Source: Nanobdellota archaeon
GTDB lineage: Archaea; Nanobdellota; Nanobdellia; Woesearchaeales; GW2011-AR9
Assembly (NCBI GenBank): GCA_040751885.1
Contig: JBFMFP010000002.1
Span: 1-50,746 of the forward strand
Direction: 5' to 3'
DNA: 50,746 nt
Each line of letters begins with the position of its first letter. The stretch's first letter is position 1. This document shows positions 1-9,148 of the stretch, in pieces. The translations under genes and the position numbers were made by a program. The notes beneath the pieces are model-generated. The model was not told the origin of the DNA and searched no databases. It worked only from the letters and a program-made list of their open reading frames with translations.

Positions 1-139
1 CTGAAACCTCGCGTTGCGTATACCCTCGTCGTAGAAACAGGATAATTTGTAATCGCTCTCGTATCTTCACATTTTTCTCGGCTTTGAGTTTTTGCTCGAT
101 TGTTGATTGTTGGTATTCTTTTATTAGTATGGTTGACAC
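1..139 (-). CDS. IS630-like transposase, N-terminal helix-turn-helix part (partial, continues past window start)
   Basis: Not in the ORF track because it is short inside the window. The minus-strand frame is open from 181 to 1. From GTG at 139 it reads VSTILIKEYQQSTIEQKLKAEKNVKIRERLQIILFLRRGYTQREVS. This has the same architecture as KPKLRLLAAIHRKKGKSIDDIA in the internal IS630 copy. The start codon is uncertain. Confidence 0.4.
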   Translation of the reverse strand, partial: MSTILIKEYQQSTIEQKLKAEKNVKIRERLQIILFLRRGYTQREVS

Positions 140-206
140 CTCTTTTTCCAGAAGAAAGTAGAAGTAATATATAAAGTTTGCTCAATTTATTAGATTACAC
201 ATTATA
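1..206 (-). mobile_element. Transposase-proximal end of a second IS630-family element, truncated by the window edge
   Basis: nt 150-206 align by hand at roughly three quarters identity with nt 38741-38798, the transposase-upstream end of the complete IS630 copy. Example: agaag-aaagtagaagtaatatataaa-gttt versus agaaggaaagtagaattagtatataaaagttt. Both end in ATTATA. An HTH-type ORF follows inward on the minus strand. Confidence 0.5.
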
Positions 207-240
207 GTTTCCTAAGTTATCCCGTCATACGGGGTGGTTT

Positions 241-1215
241 TTGAGCACGCCAGAATTCTACAAATTGATCTGTAATTTACAAAGTAAATCACCATTCAAA
301 GAATGGTGGAATTCTGAGCGTTTTAAACACGTTTTAATTTTTGTGATTGGTGCTATCCAGTTTTTTAAGTGCATAATATTTTTAAAGCATTTTAACAAAG
401 CAAATTTTATGCCTAATGGAAAAGTTATTATTTATTGGGACTATGAACTTCAGATTGGGGCCGATGTTTCTCAAATTGGATATAAAGACGGAATAGAAGA
501 TTATATTCAAACCGAATTTATTCTTAAATTTCTTAAAAAGGCTGATATAAAAACTTGCTTCGCCGTAGTAGGAAAAGCGGCAGAAAGAGGAGAACTACCT
601 TACCATGCCCCGGAACAAATTAGACAGATGATAGAAGAAGGACATGAGGTAGGCAGCCATACTTATAGCCATAGAAAAATTTCTCGATTGACTTATGAAG
701 AGCTGAGAGAGGAATTAGTTAAAAGTAAGGAAGCAATAGAAAAAATAACGAGAAAGTCTTGTACGGCTTTTGTGCCGCCTTGGGATAAACCGCAATATTT
801 TGGTAATCTAGCTTGGGATTTTTCTAACCAAAGGATTCTTCCAAAATTAAGCGGCTTAAGCCTCCAGCAAATTTGTCAAGAATTAAAAGAAATAGGGTAT
901 CGCACTTATCGAATATGCCCTTTATTGTCCCGGTTCACACAATTAAAATTATCTCATCCCTTTTTAAAAGAAGAAGTATTGTGCCTTCCTTGCCGTTTAA
1001 AGAACGGCTTTGGGATAGAAGCAAAAAAATTGGTGAAAAAAGCGATAGAAAAAAAAGGCTTGGCGGTGGTTTATGGACATCCGGGAGGACTGGCAAGGGA
1101 AGGAGAACAAAGTAAAGTTAATTTTATTGATTTTATCCATTATTTAGCAAAGGAAAGAGAAAATAATAGACTAGAAATAATTACTCCCAAAGAACTTCTT
1201 TTAGAAAAATATTAA
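241..1215 (+). CDS. Polysaccharide deacetylase, CE4/NodB-homology family
   Basis: Motif EEGHEVGSHTYSHRK plus a downstream FVPPWD segment. There is an N-terminal hydrophobic helix (HVLIFVIGAIQFFKCIIFL). TTG start at 241 is preceded by GGGGTGG. An alternative ATG lies at 409. Confidence 0.8.
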   Translation: MSTPEFYKLICNLQSKSPFKEWWNSERFKHVLIFVIGAIQFFKCIIFLKHFNKANFMPNGKVIIYWDYELQIGADVSQIGYKDGIEDYIQTEFILKFLKKADIKTCFAVVGKAAERGELPYHAPEQIRQMIEEGHEVGSHTYSHRKISRLTYEELREELVKSKEAIEKITRKSCTAFVPPWDKPQYFGNLAWDFSNQRILPKLSGLSLQQICQELKEIGYRTYRICPLLSRFTQLKLSHPFLKEEVLCLPCRLKNGFGIEAKKLVKKAIEKKGLAVVYGHPGGLAREGEQSKVNFIDFIHYLAKERENNRLEIITPKELLLEKY

Positions 1216-1219
1216 ATTT

Positions 1220-2311
1220 TTATCTGCGGGCTAAGGAGCAGTCAATACACTCAGCAGGGATTTGACCAGAAAGGAGTTGCTTTCTAAAAGCGCGGAATTC
1301 TTGATTATTCCAAATCTGAGTGAAATCAGTTTGGTTGACGTTGCCGAAACTTTTGATTCGAGCATCAGGAATCATACAACAAGGAGTAACATCCCCTTTA
1401 TTAGTAATGTAAGCGCCAGACCAAGGCAAAGGACATTGAATGTGATTATTGCCCTTCCGGTATAACAATCGATGAAAGAATCGGTTTAACACTTTTTTAG
1501 TCCAATACTTTAGTTTAGTTAATTTAGAAAGGCAAGCAAGACTAGAATAACGATCAGAAAAAGTTAAATTTATGTGATTTTTTTTAGCAATTTGTCTGGC
1601 TTCTAAAAGTTTCTCTTTGACTAGATCATTATTTAACCCTTTTTTGCTCTTATCCCAGATAGGATTAAACTCTTGAAGATGAACCTCCTCAACACCCAGT
1701 TCTTTTCCCAAGAGAACATAATCACCCAAATCATTGATATTTTCTTCCATAACCACCATAGAAATTGAAATTAAAGGCTTTTTACTACCTGACTCTTGTT
1801 TGGTTTTTACCAAAATCTTAACATTGTTAATAATCTCGGCAAAAGGTTTACCTCCTCGAATTTTCTCATAAGTTTCGGCTTTGGCACCGTCGATAGAAAA
1901 GTTGATCCGATTAACGCCCTTCTTGATAATCTCTTGGGTGGTTTCTTTGTTGATTAAAGAACCATTGGTGGTGATATCGATTATAATCGAAGGATCATTT
2001 TTTTTAACAAAATCAATCATCTTAAAGAGGTCTTTATTAAGAAAGGCTTCTCCTAAGCCATAAGGCTCAATCCTTCTAAGCCATTTAAACTGTTTAAAGA
2101 TATTAACAAAAGATCGATAATCTAACATCCCGGCGTTCTTAGGAAGACCAAAATTAGTCAAAGAGCATTGTTTACAACGAAAATTACAGACGCCAGAAGT
2201 TTCTAATTGTAACTTTATAGGCGAATGATAAGCACGAGGAAGAGGAACTAAATAACTAAGATCAGAAATCAGATGATTTGTTTTCTTTTTTAAATTTTTA
2301 ACAAAACTCAT
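1220..2311 (-). CDS. Radical SAM enzyme with C-terminal SPASM-type auxiliary cluster domain
   Basis: CxxxCxxC in SGVCNFRCKQCSL. Cys-rich tail CPLPWSGAYITNKGDVTPCC ... CIDCSLARR. Confidence 0.8.
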   Translation of the reverse strand: MSFVKNLKKKTNHLISDLSYLVPLPRAYHSPIKLQLETSGVCNFRCKQCSLTNFGLPKNAGMLDYRSFVNIFKQFKWLRRIEPYGLGEAFLNKDLFKMIDFVKKNDPSIIIDITTNGSLINKETTQEIIKKGVNRINFSIDGAKAETYEKIRGGKPFAEIINNVKILVKTKQESGSKKPLISISMVVMEENINDLGDYVLLGKELGVEEVHLQEFNPIWDKSKKGLNNDLVKEKLLEARQIAKKNHINLTFSDRYSSLACLSKLTKLKYWTKKVLNRFFHRLLYRKGNNHIQCPLPWSGAYITNKGDVTPCCMIPDARIKSFGNVNQTDFTQIWNNQEFRAFRKQLLSGQIPAECIDCSLARR

Positions 2312-2388
2312 AATAAAAGTTTTTTGATTTTTTAGAGAATTGTCTTACGTTCAGAAAATTTATAAACCTTTCGCTAATTCTAAATTTG

Positions 2389-3438
2389 ATGATCACTGAA
2401 TTAACAACGGATTCCCCTCAATGGAAAAACTTCTTGGAAAGTCATGATCACCTAATAATTCATAGGCCGGAATGGAAAGAATTTATAGAAAAAACTTTTT
2501 TAAAAATAAAAGTGGGTTATCTATCAATCCAAGAGGAAGATAAAATCAAATCAATTCTTCCCTTTTTTTTTCAGCCTTCAAATCTAATACTAAACTGGAT
2601 GTTAGGAAAAAATTCTCAGGAAAAAGCAATTTCATCATCATTTTATGAGTATGGTGGATTGGCGGGAAAAAAAATAAGTGGGGAAGAATGGAAAGAAATT
2701 TTTTTAGAATTAAGAAAAAAGTTTCCCCTAGCAAAATTTCTAGAAATCCGCGAAGGGCTAGATAATAGTTACCCGGACTATGCGGTAAAAAGAATCTTCC
2801 TTAAAAGATTTGTACTTCCTCTTAGCTCTGAAAAAGAAGTCTGGCAAAACATCCAGAAATCAAAGAGGAAAGCAATCAAGAAATCACTAAAAGAAGTTAC
2901 TGTTAAAGAGGTACCTTTCACAATGCTAAAGGAATTGTATTCTCTTTATATCAATAACATGAAGCGTTTTGGTAGTTTACCTTATCCTAAAAGATATTTT
3001 ATAAATTTCTATAAGTGTATAGTTAACAAGAATCTTGGGAAAGTAATGGGGGCTTTTTATAAAGAGAAGCTGATTGCAGTTTTAACTGGGGTTACAGTTT
3101 CTAAAAGGATTCATATTTTGATCAATGTTTCAGACAAATCGTTTTTGTCACTAAGACCAAATGACGCAGTCCATTGGTATTTTATAAAGTGGGGATGTGA
3201 TAAGGGTTATTCTTATTTTGATTTTGGAAGAACTGCAGAAGACCGAGGTCACTTTGAATACAAAGGCAAGTGGGGGGGAGAATTAAAAGATTTGAGTTAT
3301 TACTATTTCCCTTTGAAAGAAAGTGTCCCCAATTTTGACCAAAAAAATAATCCTCGCTGTTATTCTTTTACTATAAAATTTATGCCAAATATCATTTTAG
3401 AAAAAATTGGTTCATGGTTCAGGCAGTTTTTATACTAA
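2389..3438 (+). CDS. FemAB-like / Acetyltransf_6 (BioF2-like) GNAT-fold transferase, paralog 1 of 3
   Basis: About 350 aa, with the same length and architecture as 30757-31806 and 31837-32892. Shared features are the N-terminal ...W..F... region, the central basic RKAIKK-type segment, and the C-terminal YFDFGRT / LDFGG segment. The ATG at 2389 lies one codon inside the track ORF. Confidence 0.6.
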   Translation: MITELTTDSPQWKNFLESHDHLIIHRPEWKEFIEKTFLKIKVGYLSIQEEDKIKSILPFFFQPSNLILNWMLGKNSQEKAISSSFYEYGGLAGKKISGEEWKEIFLELRKKFPLAKFLEIREGLDNSYPDYAVKRIFLKRFVLPLSSEKEVWQNIQKSKRKAIKKSLKEVTVKEVPFTMLKELYSLYINNMKRFGSLPYPKRYFINFYKCIVNKNLGKVMGAFYKEKLIAVLTGVTVSKRIHILINVSDKSFLSLRPNDAVHWYFIKWGCDKGYSYFDFGRTAEDRGHFEYKGKWGGELKDLSYYYFPLKESVPNFDQKNNPRCYSFTIKFMPNIILEKIGSWFRQFLY

Positions 3439-3471
3439 AAAATACTTCTTCTTGATGCTAAGGCTGGATGC

Positions 3472-4992
3472 CTAATCTCCATATTTTTCTTTTCGCTTAA
3501 AAAATAAACCGATGATGTTTAACACTTCTCGCAGAGAGGAAATGCCAAATACAAAAAGAAGGGGAAGATAAATAAATAAAATTGAAAAGCCAAAAATTAT
3601 GGCCTTAAGATAGGGGGGGCAATTAATCATAAAAGAAATATTATTAATTAAATAGCCTAGGGCTAACATAAATAAACCAATGCTCCCCACGATCACTAAT
3701 TCTTTAAGCGGCAGATGATAGTCGATAAATCTCCGTAGGTAATAGCATAATAAAAGAAACAACAAAAAAGAACAGGTGATTGTAGAAACTATCGCACCCA
3801 GATACCCTTTCTCAAATGCACCAAAAAAAGGGATTAAAATTAAGTTCAAGATTAAGTTGAGTGCATTCACTAGTAGAGTTACTTTTGTCGCTTCTTTTGG
3901 TCTGCCGATTCCTATCAAAACAGAATAATTGACTATTGACAGACCAGAAAAAAAGAATCCTAGCCCTAGTAATTTTAATCCTAAAGAACCGGTTTCATAT
4001 TGGACACCAAATAAGCTCTTTAAAATCCATCCGGAAAAAGTAAAAATAATGGTATAAATCGGGACCAATAACAAAAATAAGTATTTATGTATCAACTTTA
4101 ATAAATGCAAAATCCGCTCGTTTTGACCGGAAACTGATAATTCAGAACTCATTGGTAACATTACCCGGCCAAAAGGGCGGGCTAGTACTAACAATAAATC
4201 CGCTGTGGGAAGAATAACATTATAAATAGCGACTTCAACTAATGGACGGAAGTAGACTAAAGTTAAGGTGTCAACGTAGGACATCAATACACCAAAAAAA
4301 TCTCGGATGGTTAATGGCAAGCTGAAGCGGAAAATCTCTTTTATCACGGCTTTGCTAAAAATTAGCGGGTGGCTAAAAAATTTAAAGTCTACTAAAAATA
4401 GGGTAAAGTTGATAACCGAAGAAAAAGTGGCCGCGAGAACATAAATCCAGCTGACTCTAAAAACATCTAAGCTGATTAAAAGAATACCAATCAAGACAAA
4501 TCCCCTTATGACCATCTCCCTCATTGCATACTTCCAAACTTTGTTCACCGCCAAAAAATAAGAAGTGAAAACTTGAGAGAGGCCATCCATCAGTATGTAA
4601 CAAATCATTACCAAAAAAATAGACTTTCCCAGAATGCTTTTGAAATAACTATTGATTAAACTATCTGGTATAAAAAATACGATTACTAAAACTATTAAAC
4701 TAGTCATCAAATTAAATAAAAAAGAAAAAAACATCACGAATTTAATAGAAGTAATTTCATTTTTAATTCTAAATTCCGGAACCAGTTTCTGAATCGAAGA
4801 GGGCAAGCCCAGGCTTTTGATCCATCCGACAATAAGGACAAAACTGTAAACCGCAAAAAAGAGGCCGAATTCCTCCGGAGTCAGTTTTCTAGCTAAAATT
4901 AAGCGGATGAGGTAGGCAAAGGCGGAGCTGATTAAACTTGTCCCAAAAATGATTCCCGCCCCTTTGAGCACTCTTTGAGTAAAATCAACCAC
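3472..4992 (-). CDS. Polysaccharide biosynthesis flippase, MOP/Wzx-like
   Basis: 506 aa and hydrophobic throughout, with roughly 12-14 predicted helices. The N-terminus (FTQRVLKGAGIIFGTSLIS) is typical of Wzx/RfbX-type proteins. GTG start. Confidence 0.7.
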   Translation of the reverse strand: MVDFTQRVLKGAGIIFGTSLISSAFAYLIRLILARKLTPEEFGLFFAVYSFVLIVGWIKSLGLPSSIQKLVPEFRIKNEITSIKFVMFFSFLFNLMTSLIVLVIVFFIPDSLINSYFKSILGKSIFLVMICYILMDGLSQVFTSYFLAVNKVWKYAMREMVIRGFVLIGILLISLDVFRVSWIYVLAATFSSVINFTLFLVDFKFFSHPLIFSKAVIKEIFRFSLPLTIRDFFGVLMSYVDTLTLVYFRPLVEVAIYNVILPTADLLLVLARPFGRVMLPMSSELSVSGQNERILHLLKLIHKYLFLLLVPIYTIIFTFSGWILKSLFGVQYETGSLGLKLLGLGFFFSGLSIVNYSVLIGIGRPKEATKVTLLVNALNLILNLILIPFFGAFEKGYLGAIVSTITCSFLLFLLLCYYLRRFIDYHLPLKELVIVGSIGLFMLALGYLINNISFMINCPPYLKAIIFGFSILFIYLPLLFVFGISSLREVLNIIGLFFKRKEKYGD

Positions 4993-5021
4993 AGATTAAG
5001 CTGACCTTAGCTGCTTATTAA

Positions 5022-5053
5022 TATTGTGGAAGAGAATTATTGTGGAAGAGAAT
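5022..5053. repeat. Perfect 16-bp tandem duplication (tattgtggaagagaat x2) between the AP-family gene stop and the flippase start
   Basis: Read directly: 5022-5037 is identical to 5038-5053. It lies 5 nt past the stop at 5059 and 30 nt upstream of the GTG at 4992. Confidence 0.9.
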
Positions 5054-5058
5054 AATAC

Positions 5059-5778
5059 TTATAAAGATAATATCAACGAAGCAAATTCAGTAATCCTTGG
5101 TGAACTTAACTCTTTAAAATTTGTGCTCCAAAAACCATATCCTGAGTGATCACCAAAATCACCAACCGGTTTCATCCCATGATCAGAAAGAATAATTGTT
5201 CTTATTCTTTCTCTTTGGTTAATAATTGTGGCAATCTCATCTAAATCTTTGTAAATTGCTTTCATAATTATATTATTGCCAAAGTTAAGATGCCCAATAA
5301 CATCAGCAACACAAAAATACCCTAAAATAAAGTCATAGTTCCTGTTCAAAGCTGACAGAAAAATTTCTTTAATTTCTCTATGATGGTTAAACGCATCTTG
5401 GTTGTACTCTTTTCTGATTTTTTCTTTTTCTTCTTTTGTTTTTGCTTCAAAAAATCTTTTAAGATCTTTCCTTGATTTCTCATGGACTTTTAAATTGTAA
5501 CTAAATCCAGGTAGATCTAAAATAAGAGGGTTTTTAAAATTGGAAAAGAAAGTTTCTTTTAAGTCCCATCTTTTGTTCCACATTTCTTTATTTCCTTCCT
5601 CTAAAACTTCTTTTTCCTTGTTTTTACCAGTCATAAATGAACTCCACAGAACTATAGTCCGAGGCTGGGAAAATTCGGAAATATCTGTTTTCCCATAAAA
5701 CTTTTGCTTTAATTTTTTACATCCAAATTTTTCTACCAAGTTGTACTCCAAAGCATCGATGGCTAGAATAATAATCAT
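5059..5778 (-). CDS. Minimal alkaline-phosphatase-superfamily protein (type I phosphodiesterase / nucleotide pyrophosphatase-like)
   Basis: Metal and nucleophile motifs are in the canonical order: [43 protein letters not shown]. The start overlaps the cysN stop by ATGA. Confidence 0.6.
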   Translation of the reverse strand: MIIILAIDALEYNLVEKFGCKKLKQKFYGKTDISEFSQPRTIVLWSSFMTGKNKEKEVLEEGNKEMWNKRWDLKETFFSNFKNPLILDLPGFSYNLKVHEKSRKDLKRFFEAKTKEEKEKIRKEYNQDAFNHHREIKEIFLSALNRNYDFILGYFCVADVIGHLNFGNNIIMKAIYKDLDEIATIINQRERIRTIILSDHGMKPVGDFGDHSGYGFWSTNFKELSSPRITEFASLILSL

Positions 5779-7019
5779 TTTCCTGTTTCAGTGATTATCC
5801 CACCCGCACAAGTATTTCCGTCTAGTTCAAAAACAAATCTTCCCAATCCCGGCACCTGGTTAAAGTTATCTACTACTATCAAATTACTGGTTTTTAGGAC
5901 TATTGTCCCCACTTCCAGTTCTCTCAAACAACCCATATCTTCTTCTATTTTTTCCAAGGTAGAAGAATTTATTTTTTGAATTATTCTTTCTACTTTACAT
6001 CTTATTTCCTGGGTCGCCAGCTTCATTGTTATTGGCTGGGATAAGTCAAAAGGGAGTTTAGCCATCCAGAATACATTTGCAGTTATTCTGTTAGTTACTC
6101 TCGGCTGATTGTGTTCATGACATATCACCATCCCCCGGTCCAGAAAAAAAGCATCTTCAGTTACTATTCCGGTAGATTCTCCCGCCTTGGCTTTAGTTAC
6201 CTGCTGTAAATATTTTTCTACCGATTTTACTCTAGTCTTTTTACCTTCGGGAAGAATTACAATTTTCTCCCCTTTTTTTATTATTCCAGATTCTACTCTT
6301 CCCACATTAATCCTCTTTTCATCAATTTTGTAAACATCCTGAACAGGAAATCTTAACGGGCGATCTTCTATATTTTTTTCTGGAATGAAAGAATCTAATG
6401 CTTCTAGAACAGTTATTCCCGAATACCAGCTCATATTCCCAGCTTTATAAATAATATTGTCTCCCTCTTTAGCGCTAATTGGGATCACATAACGTGGTCG
6501 GATATTAACGTTGGATAAAAATTTAAGCAATTCTCTTTTTATTTTATTGTATTCCTCTACTTGGTATCCAACAAGGTCCATTTTGTTTACTACAACTATT
6601 ACCTGTTTTATTCCTAAAAGACTTAACACATACGAATGCCTTTTCGTTTGTTCTTTTATCCCTTCCTTTGCATCAACAATAAGGATCGCCGCTTCTGCTT
6701 GGGATGCACCAGTTACCATATTCTTGATGAACTCTTTATGCCCGGGAGCATCAATAATAACATAATCCCTTTTTTTTGTCTTAAAGAAAGTTTGAGTTGT
6801 ATCAATGGTGATGTTTTGTTCTCTTTCTTCTTCCAGTGAATCCAGGATAAAAGCAAATTCGAGCTCTCTTCCCAACATGTCGCAGGTCTTTTTAACTTCA
6901 TCAATAAGCCCCTCAGGCAGGGAGTTGGTATCATAGAGTAGGCGGCCGATTAAAGTCGATTTGCCGTGATCCACATGACCAACAATTACAAAGTTAAGAT
7001 ATTCTTTTGCTTTTTCCAT
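5775..7019 (-). CDS. cysN: Sulfate adenylyltransferase subunit 1 (GTPase), no fused APS-kinase domain
   Basis: EF-Tu-like G domain with [15 protein letters not shown] and NKMD. It is 414 aa and lies next to cysD. Confidence 0.85.
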   Translation of the reverse strand: MEKAKEYLNFVIVGHVDHGKSTLIGRLLYDTNSLPEGLIDEVKKTCDMLGRELEFAFILDSLEEEREQNITIDTTQTFFKTKKRDYVIIDAPGHKEFIKNMVTGASQAEAAILIVDAKEGIKEQTKRHSYVLSLLGIKQVIVVVNKMDLVGYQVEEYNKIKRELLKFLSNVNIRPRYVIPISAKEGDNIIYKAGNMSWYSGITVLEALDSFIPEKNIEDRPLRFPVQDVYKIDEKRINVGRVESGIIKKGEKIVILPEGKKTRVKSVEKYLQQVTKAKAGESTGIVTEDAFFLDRGMVICHEHNQPRVTNRITANVFWMAKLPFDLSQPITMKLATQEIRCKVERIIQKINSSTLEKIEEDMGCLRELEVGTIVLKTSNLIVVDNFNQVPGLGRFVFELDGNTCAGGIITETGK

Positions 7020-7122
7020 TTTTATTTAATCTTTTTTAATTTTTATTAATTACATTTTATTTAATTTATTTTTGTTAATTTTTTGTTTTAGTTTTTTATA
7101 ATTTTTAGTTATTAGCCCTTAT

Positions 7123-7968
7123 TTAGAAAGATATATTCAAAGTTATCAAGCCTTTAATTTTCAGGAGCGTCAGAGTTCCTAAGACAATCAACAATAAGGC
7201 TACAATTACTTTCAAGGCTTTTCGGTTTATTTTTTTTGTGGTCAAAGGCCCGATGATTCCCCCAAAGAGGGCTCCGGTTCCTAGAGGAAGGATAAGTTCC
7301 CAGCCAGGAAATCCTTTTATGATTAGATAAGTTATGAACCCGGCGATACAGATAGGGAATTCTGCGCCAGTCGTACACCCTATCGCTTTTTTGTGATCTT
7401 GTTCCAGAGTAACCTGGCCGCCAGTGACCAAGGGCCCAAATCCACCGCCGGAAATCCCTTTATTAAATGCAGAAACGATCCCTACAATGAACATCTTAGC
7501 AGTTGAATAGGTGAAAGTAAAGCCGAAACCGATTAAGAGGCCCATAATAAGTACAATAATCGCAATATACATAGAGAGTATATTTTTAGGGATGTTGCCT
7601 GCTACCAAGGCGGCAAATATCGTCGCAATAATGCCTAAAGAAGTGATGAAAAAAACAATTTTTAAATCTTCGCTGAAACCTCTCTTAAAAGCGTTTACCG
7701 GGCCGTACTCTTTTATTTTTTTGAAAATGAGAACCGGGTTGGTGGATTTTATGCTGAAACAAACATTACCATGCCGATGGTGATAAAAGGAAGCGCTTAG
7801 TCCGCCAATAGCTTGGGTGATTAAAATAGAAGGAACACTAATTAAAGGAGAAAAACCCATCATAATTAGTATTGGTGAAAGGATAGTCCCGTAACCCATC
7901 CCTAGACCAGCATCAATCCATTCGCATATAAAAGCAATTGCAATGATGAGTAAAAATATTTCTATCAT
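7123..7968 (-). CDS. TauE/SafE-family anion (sulfite/sulfate-type) permease
   Basis: 281 aa, Gly-rich, polytopic, with an internal-repeat architecture. It is wedged between cysD and cysN, with a 1-nt gap to the cysD stop. Confidence 0.7.
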   Translation of the reverse strand: MIEIFLLIIAIAFICEWIDAGLGMGYGTILSPILIMMGFSPLISVPSILITQAIGGLSASFYHHRHGNVCFSIKSTNPVLIFKKIKEYGPVNAFKRGFSEDLKIVFFITSLGIIATIFAALVAGNIPKNILSMYIAIIVLIMGLLIGFGFTFTYSTAKMFIVGIVSAFNKGISGGGFGPLVTGGQVTLEQDHKKAIGCTTGAEFPICIAGFITYLIIKGFPGWELILPLGTGALFGGIIGPLTTKKINRKALKVIVALLLIVLGTLTLLKIKGLITLNISF

Positions 7969-7969
7969 T

Positions 7970-8767
7970 TTACATATACCCCAGACTTCTTAATTTTTGC
8001 ATCATGTAAGTAGATTCTTTGTCTTGCGCTCTTCCGGTCCTTTCTGAAATATTAGTAATTTTTAATTCCTGAATCACTTCATCAACATTCTTGGCTTCAG
8101 ATTTTATCGGGCTGCAGCAGCATTTACAGCCAATGCTTCGGTATCGTAAGCCATTTTTAGCAAAATATAAATCAATAACTGGAATTTTTTCTCTTTTAAT
8201 GTATTCCCAAATGTCCAATTCCCCCCAATGCAACATTGGATGCACTCTGATATGCTCTTCGTAGGTTTGTTTGGATTTATATTGATCCCAAAGTTCCAGT
8301 GGCTGGTTTTTGTAATCCCATTTAAACTCCTGATTACGGGGGGAAAATACTCTTTCTTTTGCTCTTATTCCGTGTTCATCGCGCCGTATTCCCAGAAAGA
8401 TAGCTCTAAACTGGTATTTGTCAATGACTTGTCTTAAAGCTTCGGTCTTTAAAGCAGTACAGCAAGCCAGTTTACTCTTTGGTCCCATCCCTGCTTTGAT
8501 TGCCTCTTCATTTCTGGCTATAATTAACTTTAGTTCCCATTCTTTAGCCTTTTCATCTCTGTATTTTATCATTTCTGGGAATTTGTAGCTAGTATCAATG
8601 TGGATTACAGGAAAGGGGATTTTTCCATAGAAGGCTTTTCTCACTAACCATAAGAGAGAAGTCGAATCTTTACCGATGCTCCAGAGCATAGCCACGTTCT
8701 TAAATTGTTTGTATGCTTCTCTGACAATATAGATACTTTTGCTTTCTAATTCATCTAAATGATCCAT
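7970..8767 (-). CDS. cysD: Sulfate adenylyltransferase subunit 2 (PAPS-reductase/ATP-PPase fold)
   Basis: PP-loop SIGKDSTSLLWL, GIRRDEHGIRAKERVFS, HWGELDIWEYI, and the C-terminal ERTGRAQDKE...LGYM. Confidence 0.9.
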   Translation of the reverse strand: MDHLDELESKSIYIVREAYKQFKNVAMLWSIGKDSTSLLWLVRKAFYGKIPFPVIHIDTSYKFPEMIKYRDEKAKEWELKLIIARNEEAIKAGMGPKSKLACCTALKTEALRQVIDKYQFRAIFLGIRRDEHGIRAKERVFSPRNQEFKWDYKNQPLELWDQYKSKQTYEEHIRVHPMLHWGELDIWEYIKREKIPVIDLYFAKNGLRYRSIGCKCCCSPIKSEAKNVDEVIQELKITNISERTGRAQDKESTYMMQKLRSLGYM

Positions 8768-8774
8768 TTTGGTT

Positions 8775-9098
8775 TTATAAGTAACCTAGCTTTCTTAATT
8801 TCTTTTTGATTTTATCTTCATTTGGTTTCGTTAGAGTTTCCTCCTCCATTAAAATCATCCTCAAAATAAAAGCAATATACTCAGAAATAGATTTTATGTC
8901 TGTATGTTTTATTTTCTCTTTAATTTTTTTAGCTAAAATATTAGGGATAGAAACAATTGTTTTTTCCCTATCTAATTCTTTAAAAATAAAAACCATTTCT
9001 TTAAGTAAATCTTGGTAAGCTATGTCTCTTTGAGATGATAAAATTTTTAATTCCTTTCTTAAACTCTCCGAAATTTGAATAGTTGTCCGGTTCTCCAT
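8775..9098 (-). CDS. Tandem ribbon-helix-helix (CopG/Arc-like) DNA-binding protein
   Basis: There are two RHH-like units. The first is TTIQISESLRKELKILS... and the second is IVSIPNILAKKIKEKIKHTDIKSISEYIAFILRMIL. ATG at 9098; the track uses a GTG one codon upstream. Confidence 0.6.
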   Translation of the reverse strand: MENRTTIQISESLRKELKILSSQRDIAYQDLLKEMVFIFKELDREKTIVSIPNILAKKIKEKIKHTDIKSISEYIAFILRMILMEEETLTKPNEDKIKKKLRKLGYL

Positions 9099-9100
9099 CA

Positions 9101-9122
9101 CAATACATAGAATTATGTATTG
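9101..9122. promoter_or_regulatory. Perfect 9-bp-arm palindrome (CAATACATA-gaat-TATGTATTG), candidate operator
   Basis: Read directly. It ends 3 nt upstream of the RHH ATG and lies between that ATG and a TATTTATA box (minus strand, 9125-9132). Confidence 0.5.
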
Positions 9123-9148
9123 GGTATAAATACTTTATGGGCTTAGGT

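Noticed and set aside
221-243. Hairpin CCCGT-cat-ACGGG followed by GTGGTTTTT as a rho-independent terminator
   Set aside because: The stem is only 5 bp. The upstream element is transcribed on the opposite strand. The 3' arm plus GGTGG more plausibly serves as the ribosome-binding site for the TTG start at 241.
1220-2311. Radical-SAM/SPASM enzyme as an anaerobic sulfatase-maturating enzyme serving the AP-superfamily proteins
   Set aside because: The two AP-family proteins have the Thr-nucleophile NPP-type motif (TIPAW / RTIVLW). They lack the (C/S)xPxR sulfatase signature that anSME enzymes modify.
7020-7122. T-rich low-complexity spacer between TauE and cysN as a repeat element or ncRNA
   Set aside because: It has only short degenerate reiterations (tttatttaat twice), no stable stems and no periodic unit. 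It is most simply an A/T-rich internal promoter or spacer.
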